This document shows positions 36,566 to 45,036 of a DNA stretch of 64,000 nt, piece after piece. Both the position numbers and the translations under genes were made by a program. The notes below the pieces were generated by a model. The model did no database searches. It was not told the origin of the DNA and worked only from the letters and a program-made list of their open reading frames with translations. The DNA lies in contig JAFSSQ010000010.1 in NCBI GenBank assembly GCA_017450965.1, positions 6,424 through 70,423 of the forward strand. Direction: 5' to 3'. This DNA comes from Clostridia bacterium (GTDB taxonomy: Bacteria > Bacillota > Clostridia > Oscillospirales > CAG-272). Position 1 is the stretch's first letter, and the number at the start of each line of letters is the position of its first letter.

Positions 36566-38205
36566 TACTTGTCTTCCTCCAGACGCTTTTTCCAATCAGC
36601 GTCACTTTCAAGAACCTTTTGAGTTCCTTCAAAGTTCCGACAAATCCACTCGATCTTTTCTTTCAACGTGCTGAATTTCTCTTGACCGTACAACGTTTCA
36701 TCAATCACGTCAAAAGCCGTCTGCCCCGGAACACTTTCAAAATTAGCAACCTCCGCAATCTCATACACGTCAAGACTGCCGCCTAAAGGTTCATTGTCAT
36801 TAGCCCATTTGAAGTCGGTTGATCCGTCATAACAACTGCCAGTCATTGTTCTTTTTAACCTTTTTGAAGTAACATCATAGGCAATGCCGTGTGGATTTAC
36901 AGGTGTTTTTTCGTTTATTTGGCAGAGAACAAATCGTCTCTTTCCGTCATCTTGTTTATTCAATTCAAGAACCGCTTGACCTGTAGTTCCGCTTCCTGCA
37001 AAAAAGTCTAAAACCGTTGCTTCCTTTTTCCAATAAGTAGTCGATTTTAATAAGAGCTGGACAAGACCGACAGGCTTTGGATTGTCAAATGTATCGTCCA
37101 AAATCTCTTCTAATTGTGCGGTGCCATCTTCGTTTGTTTCACAGTTATAAAATACTTGAGATAGCATATTCCCCATTTTTTTGATTTCGCCGCCATCCTT
37201 TACAAGGTTGGGTCTAAATGGCACTTGGCTAATCGTAATAATGCTTCCTTTTGAGATCTCGTCATCAAGCGTTTCTTGACTATATCTCCATTCGCCTTCA
37301 AGCACCATCTCATTTATGTTTGTTCCATCCTCAATTACAACATCATTTAGTAGTCTTGTAATGATATTCCCGTTTGACATATCTTGTGCCTTGACTGTGC
37401 CATCAGGCATATTGAACCTAACGCGATTGGGTGGGAAATGCAATTTCCCCATAGTGTTTCCTGCGTTATTGAAAGGGTATTTTTTTCCAACAGTTGTTGT
37501 TTCAACAGAAAACGGAAAAGTTTCTTGATAATTAGCCACATAGCAAAGAATGTACTCGAACATTGTCCCAAAGTTCTTTGACAAGAATGACGGTTTTTTC
37601 TTTTTTTGCCAAATAATTGTTCCCGAGTAGTTTCTCTCTTGAAACACTTCATCCATTAGGCATTTTACATACGCATAATTACGATCATCAATACTACAAA
37701 ATATCACACCTGTTTCAGATAACAACATCTTCGCAAGTGTCAATCTGGAATAAAGCATGGACAATAAATTATCACGTGTCAATGCATTCTCATAATTTGT
37801 CTGAGCAAATTCGCCCATGCTGTCTTTCCCATACGGTGGATCAATATAAATAACATCAATTTTGCCCTTGTACTGAATAAGCAAATTGAGCAAACCGTCG
37901 TAATTATCGCCAATAATCAATTTGTTCGGCGACTTATCCGACCCATCTGAAAAACTCAATTCTTCGTTTTTCTTGAAATACTTTATAGCGGGCTCGGTTT
38001 TTTCAAGGCGTTTATCAAAATGGAATCCCGTCCTCTTATAAGTTGTACCGAGTTCGGCAATAAAAATTGCTTCCGTCAGCGTGTCGGCGTTTTGAATAAG
38101 CTTTTTAAGAAGATCAGCGTTGCTCTTTTCGATAATACCGTCTTCCATACGGCGATCCAGTTCGTTTATCAGTTCCTGCCGGCTTTGTTCAAAAACTGTT
38201 TTCAT
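36565..38205 (-). CDS. mod: Type III DNA methyltransferase subunit
   Basis: IYIDPPY and VLDFFAGSGTTG in beta-class order. ATG 38205 with GGAG RBS. Confidence 0.92.
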   Translation of the reverse strand: MKTVFEQSRQELINELDRRMEDGIIEKSNADLLKKLIQNADTLTEAIFIAELGTTYKRTGFHFDKRLEKTEPAIKYFKKNEELSFSDGSDKSPNKLIIGDNYDGLLNLLIQYKGKIDVIYIDPPYGKDSMGEFAQTNYENALTRDNLLSMLYSRLTLAKMLLSETGVIFCSIDDRNYAYVKCLMDEVFQERNYSGTIIWQKKKKPSFLSKNFGTMFEYILCYVANYQETFPFSVETTTVGKKYPFNNAGNTMGKLHFPPNRVRFNMPDGTVKAQDMSNGNIITRLLNDVVIEDGTNINEMVLEGEWRYSQETLDDEISKGSIITISQVPFRPNLVKDGGEIKKMGNMLSQVFYNCETNEDGTAQLEEILDDTFDNPKPVGLVQLLLKSTTYWKKEATVLDFFAGSGTTGQAVLELNKQDDGKRRFVLCQINEKTPVNPHGIAYDVTSKRLKRTMTGSCYDGSTDFKWANDNEPLGGSLDVYEIAEVANFESVPGQTAFDVIDETLYGQEKFSTLKEKIEWICRNFEGTQKVLESDADWKKRLEEDK

Positions 38206-38305
38206 TTTTATTATCTCCAATTCTTACTATTCGTTCAGTATTTGAGTATTTCAACGGATAGAACAAGTTTCATTTTGCAGAGAGCGGCGAGGACAACGCG
38301 GTAAA

Positions 38306-38695
38306 TCAAGAATTACTTTCGTGTACACTATCAATTGAATGAAAATAGCCAGAAAAAAAGACGATTGGGAAAAACAGAAAGCCGCAATAGACTTCAACAA
38401 TCATACATTTTGTTTTTTGGTACCAAGAAATGTGAATGTTCTCATTATCTCTTTTTATAGGCAAAGGAGGCAATTTGTTGCTGACCTTTTGGCACAGAAT
38501 GACGAAAGTGGTCTCTTCATTATCGATTTCTTTCACAAACTCAATTCTAATAGCATCAGTACTTTTTTCTTCTTTTATTTCGATCCTGCGAATGTTTTTA
38601 ATTACAATAGCCGCATCCCCCAATTCAATGGCTTTGCCTCGCTTTCTATCAGTTGGATCATTTTGCCATTCTTTACAGATGTTTTCAGCATTCAT
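38306..38695 (-). CDS. Hypothetical protein (AT-rich)
   Basis: AAAGGAG RBS and a TTGCTT-N17-TATAAT promoter upstream. No recognisable family. Confidence 0.55.
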   Translation of the reverse strand: MNAENICKEWQNDPTDRKRGKAIELGDAAIVIKNIRRIEIKEEKSTDAIRIEFVKEIDNEETTFVILCQKVSNKLPPLPIKRDNENIHISWYQKTKCMIVEVYCGFLFFPIVFFSGYFHSIDSVHESNS

Positions 38696-38766
38696 ATCAG
38701 TATCTCCTTTTTGATTTTTGTTACAGCGGGTTCAACCCCGAAGTTTTTAACAGTATTCTTTTTTGT

Positions 38767-38795
38767 ATTATACCATAAAACGTTCGAAAAAGCAA
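38767..38795 (-). promoter_or_regulatory. Promoter at the head of the RM island
   Basis: TTGCTT-N17-TATAAT with extended -10. Confidence 0.65.
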
Positions 38796-38841
38796 GCGTG
38801 ACCTTCCGCATAGGCGCGGCGCGGGACGGCTTTGCCGGCCG

Positions 38842-38877
38842 AAAAAATCTCCCTCCCGCCGGATCGGCGGGAGGGAG
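38842..38877 (-). terminator. Intrinsic terminator after the GRE activase
   Basis: 12-bp stem ctccctcccgcc/ggcgggagggag followed by atttttt on the minus strand. Confidence 0.8.
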
Positions 38878-38885
38878 GTTGGTTG

Positions 38886-39794
38886 TTACCGGAACCGTAC
38901 CGGTTTGTCGGTTTGCTTTTTGAGCGCCTCGAGGAAGGCGAGGTTTTCCTCGCGGGAGGCGAGGGGGGTATCGGCGAGGGCGTAGGGCCTGCCGAGCTCG
39001 CGGTATTTGCCGACGCCGAGCCGGTGATAGGGGAGCAGCTCCACGGCGGCGACGGGGAGGGGGGCGAGGAGGGCCGCCAGGTCCGCTGCAAACGCCCCGG
39101 TCATATTGACGCCGGGGATGAGGGGGACGCGGACGACCGTCTCGGTGAGCTTTGCCGCCGTCCGGAGATTTTCGAGGATCGGCTTGTTGCTTTGTCCGGT
39201 ATAACGGATATGTTCGGCCTCGTCGAGAAGCTTCACGTCAAAGTAGACGCGGTCGACCATGCCGGCGATCCGGGCAAAAACGGCGGGATCCGCGAAGCCG
39301 CAGGTTTCGATCATCACGTTGATCTTTTCCCGTTTGAGGCGTTCGATCAGCGCGAGAACGAAGTCCGCCTGGGCGGTTACCTCGCCGCCGGAGAGGGTGA
39401 CCCCGCCGCGAGAGTCCTCGTAGTAGTCCCGGTCCTTCAGTATGAGCTCGGTCAGCTCGTCGACGGTGTAGGGCTTGCCCGCCTCCCGGATCCGGTCAAA
39501 CGGGCATAGCGTTTCGCACCTTCCGCAAAAAACGCACTTGTCCGGGTCGGCCGACACGCCCTGTTCCGAAAGGGAGAGCGCGCCCTGCGGGCAGGCGGAA
39601 AGGCATTTTCGGCAGTCGGCGCACGCGCCGGCGGGCTTGATCATCAGCTCGGAGGAAAAACTCTGCGACTCGGGGTTGCAGCACCACGCGCAACGCATCG
39701 GACAACCCTTGAAAAAGACGGTCGTCCGGATGCCGTCCCCGTCGAACAGGCAGAAACGCTGAACGTCGAAGATCAGAGCAGTCGTTTTCACCAT
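38886..39794 (-). CDS. Glycyl-radical enzyme activating enzyme (radical SAM, with 2x[4Fe-4S] insert)
   Basis: DGDGIRTTVFFKGCPMRCAWCCNPES, CxxCxxCxxxCP twice, GVTLSGGE, LLPYH. Confidence 0.95.
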   Translation of the reverse strand: MVKTTALIFDVQRFCLFDGDGIRTTVFFKGCPMRCAWCCNPESQSFSSELMIKPAGACADCRKCLSACPQGALSLSEQGVSADPDKCVFCGRCETLCPFDRIREAGKPYTVDELTELILKDRDYYEDSRGGVTLSGGEVTAQADFVLALIERLKREKINVMIETCGFADPAVFARIAGMVDRVYFDVKLLDEAEHIRYTGQSNKPILENLRTAAKLTETVVRVPLIPGVNMTGAFAADLAALLAPLPVAAVELLPYHRLGVGKYRELGRPYALADTPLASREENLAFLEALKKQTDKPVRFR

Positions 39795-42130
39795 TTTTTA
39801 CCGCCCGATTCCTGGCAGGTCCTGCGGATGATGTCGTCCTGAAGCGCCCGCTCGATCGTGGTGAAGAGAACGGAGAAGCCCGCCACCCGGACCATCAGCG
39901 TGGGGTATTTTTCCGGGTGGATCTGCGCGTCGCGCAGGACCGCCTCGTCGAAGACGTTGAACTGGATATGCTGTCCGCCGTGCTTGAAGTAGGTCCGGAC
40001 GAGGTCGGCGATCTTCTCCTTGTTTTCGTCGGTGAGGAAGTTGGGGGTCAGCCGGAGATTGAGAAGACTGGAGCCGAGGACCTTCGTCGGGGTGAGTTTG
40101 ACCACCGAGTTGAGCAGCGCCGTCGCGCCGAGCTGATCCCTGCCGTGTCCCGCGGAAACGCCGCCGTCGGCGAGGTTGTCGAACGCCTTTCTCCCGTCCG
40201 GCGTCGCGCCCGTGTACTTGGCAAAGAGGACGTTCGAGGCGATGGTATAAAGCGCCAGGCGGTACTTGCCGCCGCGGGGAGAGGTGTACTTTTCCACCTC
40301 GCCGTAGAGGAAGTCGACAAGGTCCCGGCCGATCAGATCGACCGAATCGTCGTCGTTGCCGTACTTCGGCGATTTGTTTTTCAGCAGCGAGCGGAGATCC
40401 TCGCGGCCCTCAAAGTTGGAGAGGAGCGCGTCCTTCAGCTCGGAGAAGGAGACCGTTTTTTCGTCGTAGACGAACTTTTTCATCGCGCGGAGACTGTCGA
40501 TCACGTTGGGAACGGCAACCATCTGCAGGGTGGTCGAGTTGTACTTGGCGCCGCCCTCGAGATTTGTTTTGCCCGCGTCGAGACAGCCGCGGATAAAGGC
40601 GGAGACGAACGGCGTGGGGCAGAGCGAGCCGTGCAGCTCGTCGAGGACGTCGTCGCCCTTGATATTGAGCATCAGATAGTGGGCGAGCTGCGTCTTGAAG
40701 GCGGCGTAAAACGCCTCCCACGTCATCGTTTCCGCGTCTCCGGTGCGGAAGGGGAACTGCCGCTTGGCGACGGGATCGTACCCGTCGAAGAGCGTCAGCT
40801 CCAGCACCTTCGCCACGTTGAGGAAGCCCCCGGTGAGCCAGGGCTCCACGTTCCCGTTCCCCGTCGTCTCGGAGCAGCCGACGATGGTGTAGTCGTTCGC
40901 TTCCTTTTCGTCGTAGCCCATCGTCCGCATATTGGCGATGAGCGTTTTGTCGTTGAACATGGCGGGCATCCCGCCGCCGATGCGGACGGTGTCGAGAGCC
41001 GCGAGCAAAAACCGCTTGCTCGATTTTTCCTCGTTCCAGCGGATGGAGAGGGAGGGCTGGGGCAGAGCGATCTGCCGCGTCGCCGCGAGACAGAGGTAGG
41101 AGAGCTCGTTTTCCGCCGGGTTTCCGTCTTCGTCGATCCCGCCGACGATCAGGTTCTGGAACATGGGGTATCCGCCGAAGGCGATCGTGGAGACCTTATC
41201 CCGGATCTTGTTCAGCTCAAAGAACTTCAGCCACAAGAAGTGCAGCGTTTCCTCCAGCTCCTCGACCGGCACCCCTCTCTCGAGGTCGTGCTTGAAGTAG
41301 GGGAGCATATACTGGTCGAAGCGCCCGGGGGACATACTGTGGCCGCTCGCCTCGAGATGGAGCGCGAGATGCACGAGCCAGAAGGACTGCACCGCCTCGG
41401 CAAACGTTTCAGCGGGGCGGGCGGGGACTTTATGGAGGATGCGGGCGATCTCGGAGAGCTCCGCTTTCCTTTCTTCGTTTTCCTCCGTTTCCGCTTTTTC
41501 CCGCGCCAGCGCGGCGTAGCGCTCCGCGTAGGCGCAGATCGCCCGGAGAGAGATCTCGACCGCGTCGTAGTAGGCGGCGTGCTCTTCGGTGCGTTTTTCT
41601 TTTACTTCCTCCAGGATCCCGAGGATCCCCCGTTCGAGGAAGGAGCGGTAGTCGATCACGAGGTGCCCGATCCCGGAGCGCATCGCCGTGAGGATATACA
41701 CCAGCGAGGAGGCCGCGTCCTTCTGCTCGTCGGAGAGACGGAGGAAGGCGCGGTAGGCGATCGTTTTATCCTGCCAGTAGGGATAGATCGCGCGCAGCCG
41801 GGCTTTCGTCTCCTCGGAGATGAGGAAACGGTCGGTATTCCGGTCCGCGAGTCCGTCCATCTCGTTGATCACGAAGGTCATATCGTATTCGGGGTAGACG
41901 GGGCATCCCCTCGCCTTGCCGCAGAGCGAGCCGACGACCCGCTCAAGATCCCCGATGTGGATATCGGTCTTCCCGAGGATCTCGCGGAAGGCGACAGCGC
42001 GCCGAAGGACAGAGGGCATGCCCTCTGTCCTTTGGTAGCTTTCGGTGATGATCTCCGCCCGGTCCGCAAAGACCTCGGGCGGGAAGGAGCAGATAAAGTC
42101 CTTCAGTTTCCGGATCCGTTCTGTCATCAT
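39788..42130 (-). CDS. Glycyl radical enzyme, glycerol/diol-dehydratase-like clade, substrate unknown
   Basis: Gly loop RVAGFS, single-Cys loop GCSE, GIGH, ESGHS-like EASGHS, FGGYPMFQN, GATPDGR. Confidence 0.93.
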   Translation of the reverse strand: MMTERIRKLKDFICSFPPEVFADRAEIITESYQRTEGMPSVLRRAVAFREILGKTDIHIGDLERVVGSLCGKARGCPVYPEYDMTFVINEMDGLADRNTDRFLISEETKARLRAIYPYWQDKTIAYRAFLRLSDEQKDAASSLVYILTAMRSGIGHLVIDYRSFLERGILGILEEVKEKRTEEHAAYYDAVEISLRAICAYAERYAALAREKAETEENEERKAELSEIARILHKVPARPAETFAEAVQSFWLVHLALHLEASGHSMSPGRFDQYMLPYFKHDLERGVPVEELEETLHFLWLKFFELNKIRDKVSTIAFGGYPMFQNLIVGGIDEDGNPAENELSYLCLAATRQIALPQPSLSIRWNEEKSSKRFLLAALDTVRIGGGMPAMFNDKTLIANMRTMGYDEKEANDYTIVGCSETTGNGNVEPWLTGGFLNVAKVLELTLFDGYDPVAKRQFPFRTGDAETMTWEAFYAAFKTQLAHYLMLNIKGDDVLDELHGSLCPTPFVSAFIRGCLDAGKTNLEGGAKYNSTTLQMVAVPNVIDSLRAMKKFVYDEKTVSFSELKDALLSNFEGREDLRSLLKNKSPKYGNDDDSVDLIGRDLVDFLYGEVEKYTSPRGGKYRLALYTIASNVLFAKYTGATPDGRKAFDNLADGGVSAGHGRDQLGATALLNSVVKLTPTKVLGSSLLNLRLTPNFLTDENKEKIADLVRTYFKHGGQHIQFNVFDEAVLRDAQIHPEKYPTLMVRVAGFSVLFTTIERALQDDIIRRTCQESGGKKW

Positions 42131-42160
42131 AATAGGTTCCGACCCTTCCGACGCGCAGGA

Positions 42161-43177
42161 TCAGGGGTTCTGCGCGGCTTTTTTCTTCTGCGCGAGCTCG
42201 TAGGCGACCTGGATGCAGATCTGCTCCTGCCCCTCGGTGCAGCCGCGGAGGCCGATCTCCTTGATGATGTCGCGGGTGTCGACGCCGAACTTCGCCGCCG
42301 CGCGCCGCGCAAAGAGGATAAAGCTGGAGTAGACGCCGTAGCCGAGCATGATCTGGTCGCTCGTCAGCTCCATCGGGCGCGGCATCAGCGGTTTGAGGTA
42401 CTCGTCGCCCACGTCCATCGCCTTGTACATATCCACATTGGTGCGGTAGCCCTTGCGGTCCAGCGCGAGCAGCAGCGGCTCGACGGGGCAGTTGCCCGCG
42501 CCGGCGCCGAAGCCCTTGATGCAGGTGTCCACGTAGGTCGCGCCCGCGTCGATCGCCGCGAGGGTGTTGGCGACGGCAAGCTGCATATTGTTGTGCGCGT
42601 GGAAGCCGAGCGGAACGTCGATGTGCTTCTGGAGGGTGAAGATGCGCTCGTAGACTTCCTCCGGCAGGGCGGATCCGCCGCCGTCGAGGAGGTAGATCAC
42701 CTCGGCGCCGAATTTCTCGGAGATCTGGGCGTAGCGGAGCGTCTCCTCCACCGAGAGGAACTTGGCGAGCGGGAGGACCGCCCACGGGATCAGGCCCATC
42801 TCTTTCGCCATGCCGATATGCTGACGCGCGATGTCGCACTCGGACATCTGGGTGGCGAACCGGGCGACGGTGATGCCGTTTTCCTTCGCCATCTTCAGAT
42901 CGTACCGCGTCCCGATACCGGGGAGGGTGATGATCGCGAGCTTCGCGTTTTTCACCTTCGGGCGGACGGCTTTCATATACTCCTCGTCCGTCGCGGCGCC
43001 GAATCCGTACTGGATGGAGGAACCGCCGACGCCGTTTCCGTGGCCGAATTCGATGAAGTCGACGCCGGTGCTGTCGATCTGTTCCGCGAGCATCGCCATC
43101 TGCTCCGTCGTGTACTTGTGGCTCATCGCGTGCGAGCCGTCGCGGAGCGTGGAATCGAGAATGTTGATCCGTTTCAT
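42161..43177 (-). CDS. mhpE: 4-hydroxy-2-oxovalerate aldolase-like (DmpG/MhpE, DRE-TIM)
   Basis: LRDGSH, HGNGVGGSS, GFHAHNN, GFGAGAGN, GVYSSF. ATG 43177 with GGAGG RBS. Confidence 0.9.
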   Translation of the reverse strand: MKRINILDSTLRDGSHAMSHKYTTEQMAMLAEQIDSTGVDFIEFGHGNGVGGSSIQYGFGAATDEEYMKAVRPKVKNAKLAIITLPGIGTRYDLKMAKENGITVARFATQMSECDIARQHIGMAKEMGLIPWAVLPLAKFLSVEETLRYAQISEKFGAEVIYLLDGGGSALPEEVYERIFTLQKHIDVPLGFHAHNNMQLAVANTLAAIDAGATYVDTCIKGFGAGAGNCPVEPLLLALDRKGYRTNVDMYKAMDVGDEYLKPLMPRPMELTSDQIMLGYGVYSSFILFARRAAAKFGVDTRDIIKEIGLRGCTEGQEQICIQVAYELAQKKKAAQNP

Positions 43178-43179
43178 AA

Positions 43180-44061
43180 TCAGTGATTGCCTCCTTGTTT
43201 CAAGAGATGTTCGGCGATCCCTTCGCCGACCGCCAGCGCAGCGCTCGTCTCGATATCGAGATTGCCGCTGTATTTGGGGAGATAGTCGCCCGCGCCCTCG
43301 ATCTCGACCATGGTCGTGACCTGGTTGCCGTCGATCGTCGGCGGGAGCTTGAGGGAGTAACCGGGAACGTACTGCCGGACCCGTTCCACCATCCGGTTGA
43401 CCGCGTCGTTGATCTTCACCGGGTCGGGATCTTCCACGAGGCAGTAGATGGTGTTGCTCATCATGATGGGGGGCTTGGAGGGGTTGAGGAGAATGATCGC
43501 CTTGGATTTTTCCGCGCGGCCGACCACCCTCAGCGCCCGCGCCGTCGTGATGGTGAACTCGTCGATGCTGTCGCGGGTGCCGGGGCCGGCGCTGTCGCGC
43601 GCGATGCACGCCACGATCTCCGCGTAGTTGACCTTCGTCACCTCGCTGAGGGCGTACACGATCGGGATCGTCGCCTGTCCGCCGCAGGTGATCAGGTTGA
43701 GGTTCGGCTCGTTCTTGTACCCTTCCAGGTTGACGGGAGGGCAAACGTAGGGACCGATCGCGGCGGGGGTGAGGTCGACCGCGATCTTGCCGGCCGCCTT
43801 CAGGAGCGGCGCGTGCACCATGTGCGCGCTGGCGAGGGTGGCGTCGAAGACGATCTTGATGTCGTCATGCTCGAGGAGCCCTTCGATCCCGCGGTCGGTG
43901 GTCGGCACGCCGGCCGCCGCGGCGACGGGAAGGTGTTTCGAGGTGTCGTTGCCCACCATCAGCTTGAGCTCCATATACTTCGAGCGCTTGAGGATCTTGT
44001 ACATCAGGTCAAGCCCGATGTTGCCGGGACCGATGATTGCGACGGGGATTTTCTTTTCCAT
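43180..44061 (-). CDS. mhpF: Acylating acetaldehyde dehydrogenase (DmpF/MhpF)
   Basis: [44 protein letters not shown]. Confidence 0.93.
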   Translation of the reverse strand: MEKKIPVAIIGPGNIGLDLMYKILKRSKYMELKLMVGNDTSKHLPVAAAAGVPTTDRGIEGLLEHDDIKIVFDATLASAHMVHAPLLKAAGKIAVDLTPAAIGPYVCPPVNLEGYKNEPNLNLITCGGQATIPIVYALSEVTKVNYAEIVACIARDSAGPGTRDSIDEFTITTARALRVVGRAEKSKAIILLNPSKPPIMMSNTIYCLVEDPDPVKINDAVNRMVERVRQYVPGYSLKLPPTIDGNQVTTMVEIEGAGDYLPKYSGNLDIETSAALAVGEGIAEHLLKQGGNH

Positions 44062-44124
44062 ATGTTTTCTCCTTCTTTTGAGGTATTTTGGAACCGGTTG
44101 TAAAAGCGGAAGGCGCCGGCGGGG

Positions 44125-45009
44125 TCAGGGGGTCTGTTTGCCGCGCAGCTCCCGGAGGTAAGCGGAGGGACTCTGCCCGCACTGCATCTTGAAGAAACGG
44201 CTGAAGGAATAGATATCGGGGAACCCGAGCAGATCTCCCACCCGGGAGGGGGAAAGTCCCTCCTCCAGCTTCTTTTTGGCGTATTCGGAGCGCAGGGAAT
44301 TGCAGTATTTGATCAGCGAAACGCCGTAGGTGGAGCGGAACTTTTTGACCAGATAGAACTTGTTGTAGTGGAACTGCTCCGAGAGGTCGTCCAGATTGAA
44401 GCGGGAGTTGAGGAAGTTTGCGTCGATAAAACTCTTGACGCTGCTGATGAAGTCCGGCTCCTCGTGCGCGAAGCTGCGCAGCTCGGAGATGTTGTCGCGG
44501 ATGATCATGCGCAGAAGCGCCGTCATCTGCTCCTTGCAGATCAGCTGATAGAGGACCGGCTTGTTGTGATAGGTGCGGATCACGTCCTCCACCAGAGAGA
44601 GGAAGACCTTGCGGTTGCTGACGTTGAGGAAGGGGTATTCCAGCTCCCCGCCGAAAAAGTCCGGCTGGACGCAGCGCCGCTCCTCCTCGGTGAAATCGGC
44701 GAGGTTTTTGTAAGAGACGTAGGAAAGCTCGCTGGAGGGCGTGTAGGTCACGTCGAAATGGATATGCGCGTGGAGCGGAGAGGAGTCCGGCGGAACGACG
44801 ATCGTGTGGTTGACGCCGGGCGGGATCAGGATGATATCGCCCTGCTTCGTTTCGTAGGTCTTTTCGTTCATCAAAAGAGTAAAGCCGCTGGAGATGAACC
44901 AGATCAGCTCGTAGTCAAAGAGCGCCCGCTCCTTGAAGACAAGTCCGGGACGGAGGGTCGAGGTGAGCGCGGCCCGGACGTAAGGGGAAACGGCGTTGAC
45001 GTTCAGCAT
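44125..45009 (-). CDS. AraC/XylS family transcriptional regulator
   Basis: N-terminal cupin (YELIW, GDIILIPPG); C-terminal double HTH ending GFPDIYSFSRFFKMQCGQSPSAY. Confidence 0.93.
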   Translation of the reverse strand: MLNVNAVSPYVRAALTSTLRPGLVFKERALFDYELIWFISSGFTLLMNEKTYETKQGDIILIPPGVNHTIVVPPDSSPLHAHIHFDVTYTPSSELSYVSYKNLADFTEEERRCVQPDFFGGELEYPFLNVSNRKVFLSLVEDVIRTYHNKPVLYQLICKEQMTALLRMIIRDNISELRSFAHEEPDFISSVKSFIDANFLNSRFNLDDLSEQFHYNKFYLVKKFRSTYGVSLIKYCNSLRSEYAKKKLEEGLSPSRVGDLLGFPDIYSFSRFFKMQCGQSPSAYLRELRGKQTP

Positions 45010-45036
45010 ACTAAAACCCTCCTTTCGGACAAGCGG

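Noticed and set aside
36565-38205. Phase-variable mod (phasevarion)
   Set aside because: No simple-sequence repeat tract of meaningful length seen in or upstream of the ORF; the frame is intact.
32543-38795. Prophage, ICE or IS element
   Set aside because: No integrase, transposase, relaxase or structural genes, and no convincing att or terminal repeats.
39788-42130. Pyruvate formate-lyase or choline TMA-lyase
   Set aside because: Single Cys rather than the PFL Cys-Cys pair, a ferredoxin-insert activase, a glycerol-dehydratase-like GHS/GGYP pocket, and no microcompartment genes.
42161-44061. Aromatic meta-cleavage pathway
   Set aside because: No dioxygenase, hydrolase or 2-keto-4-pentenoate hydratase in the window, and the context is anaerobic.
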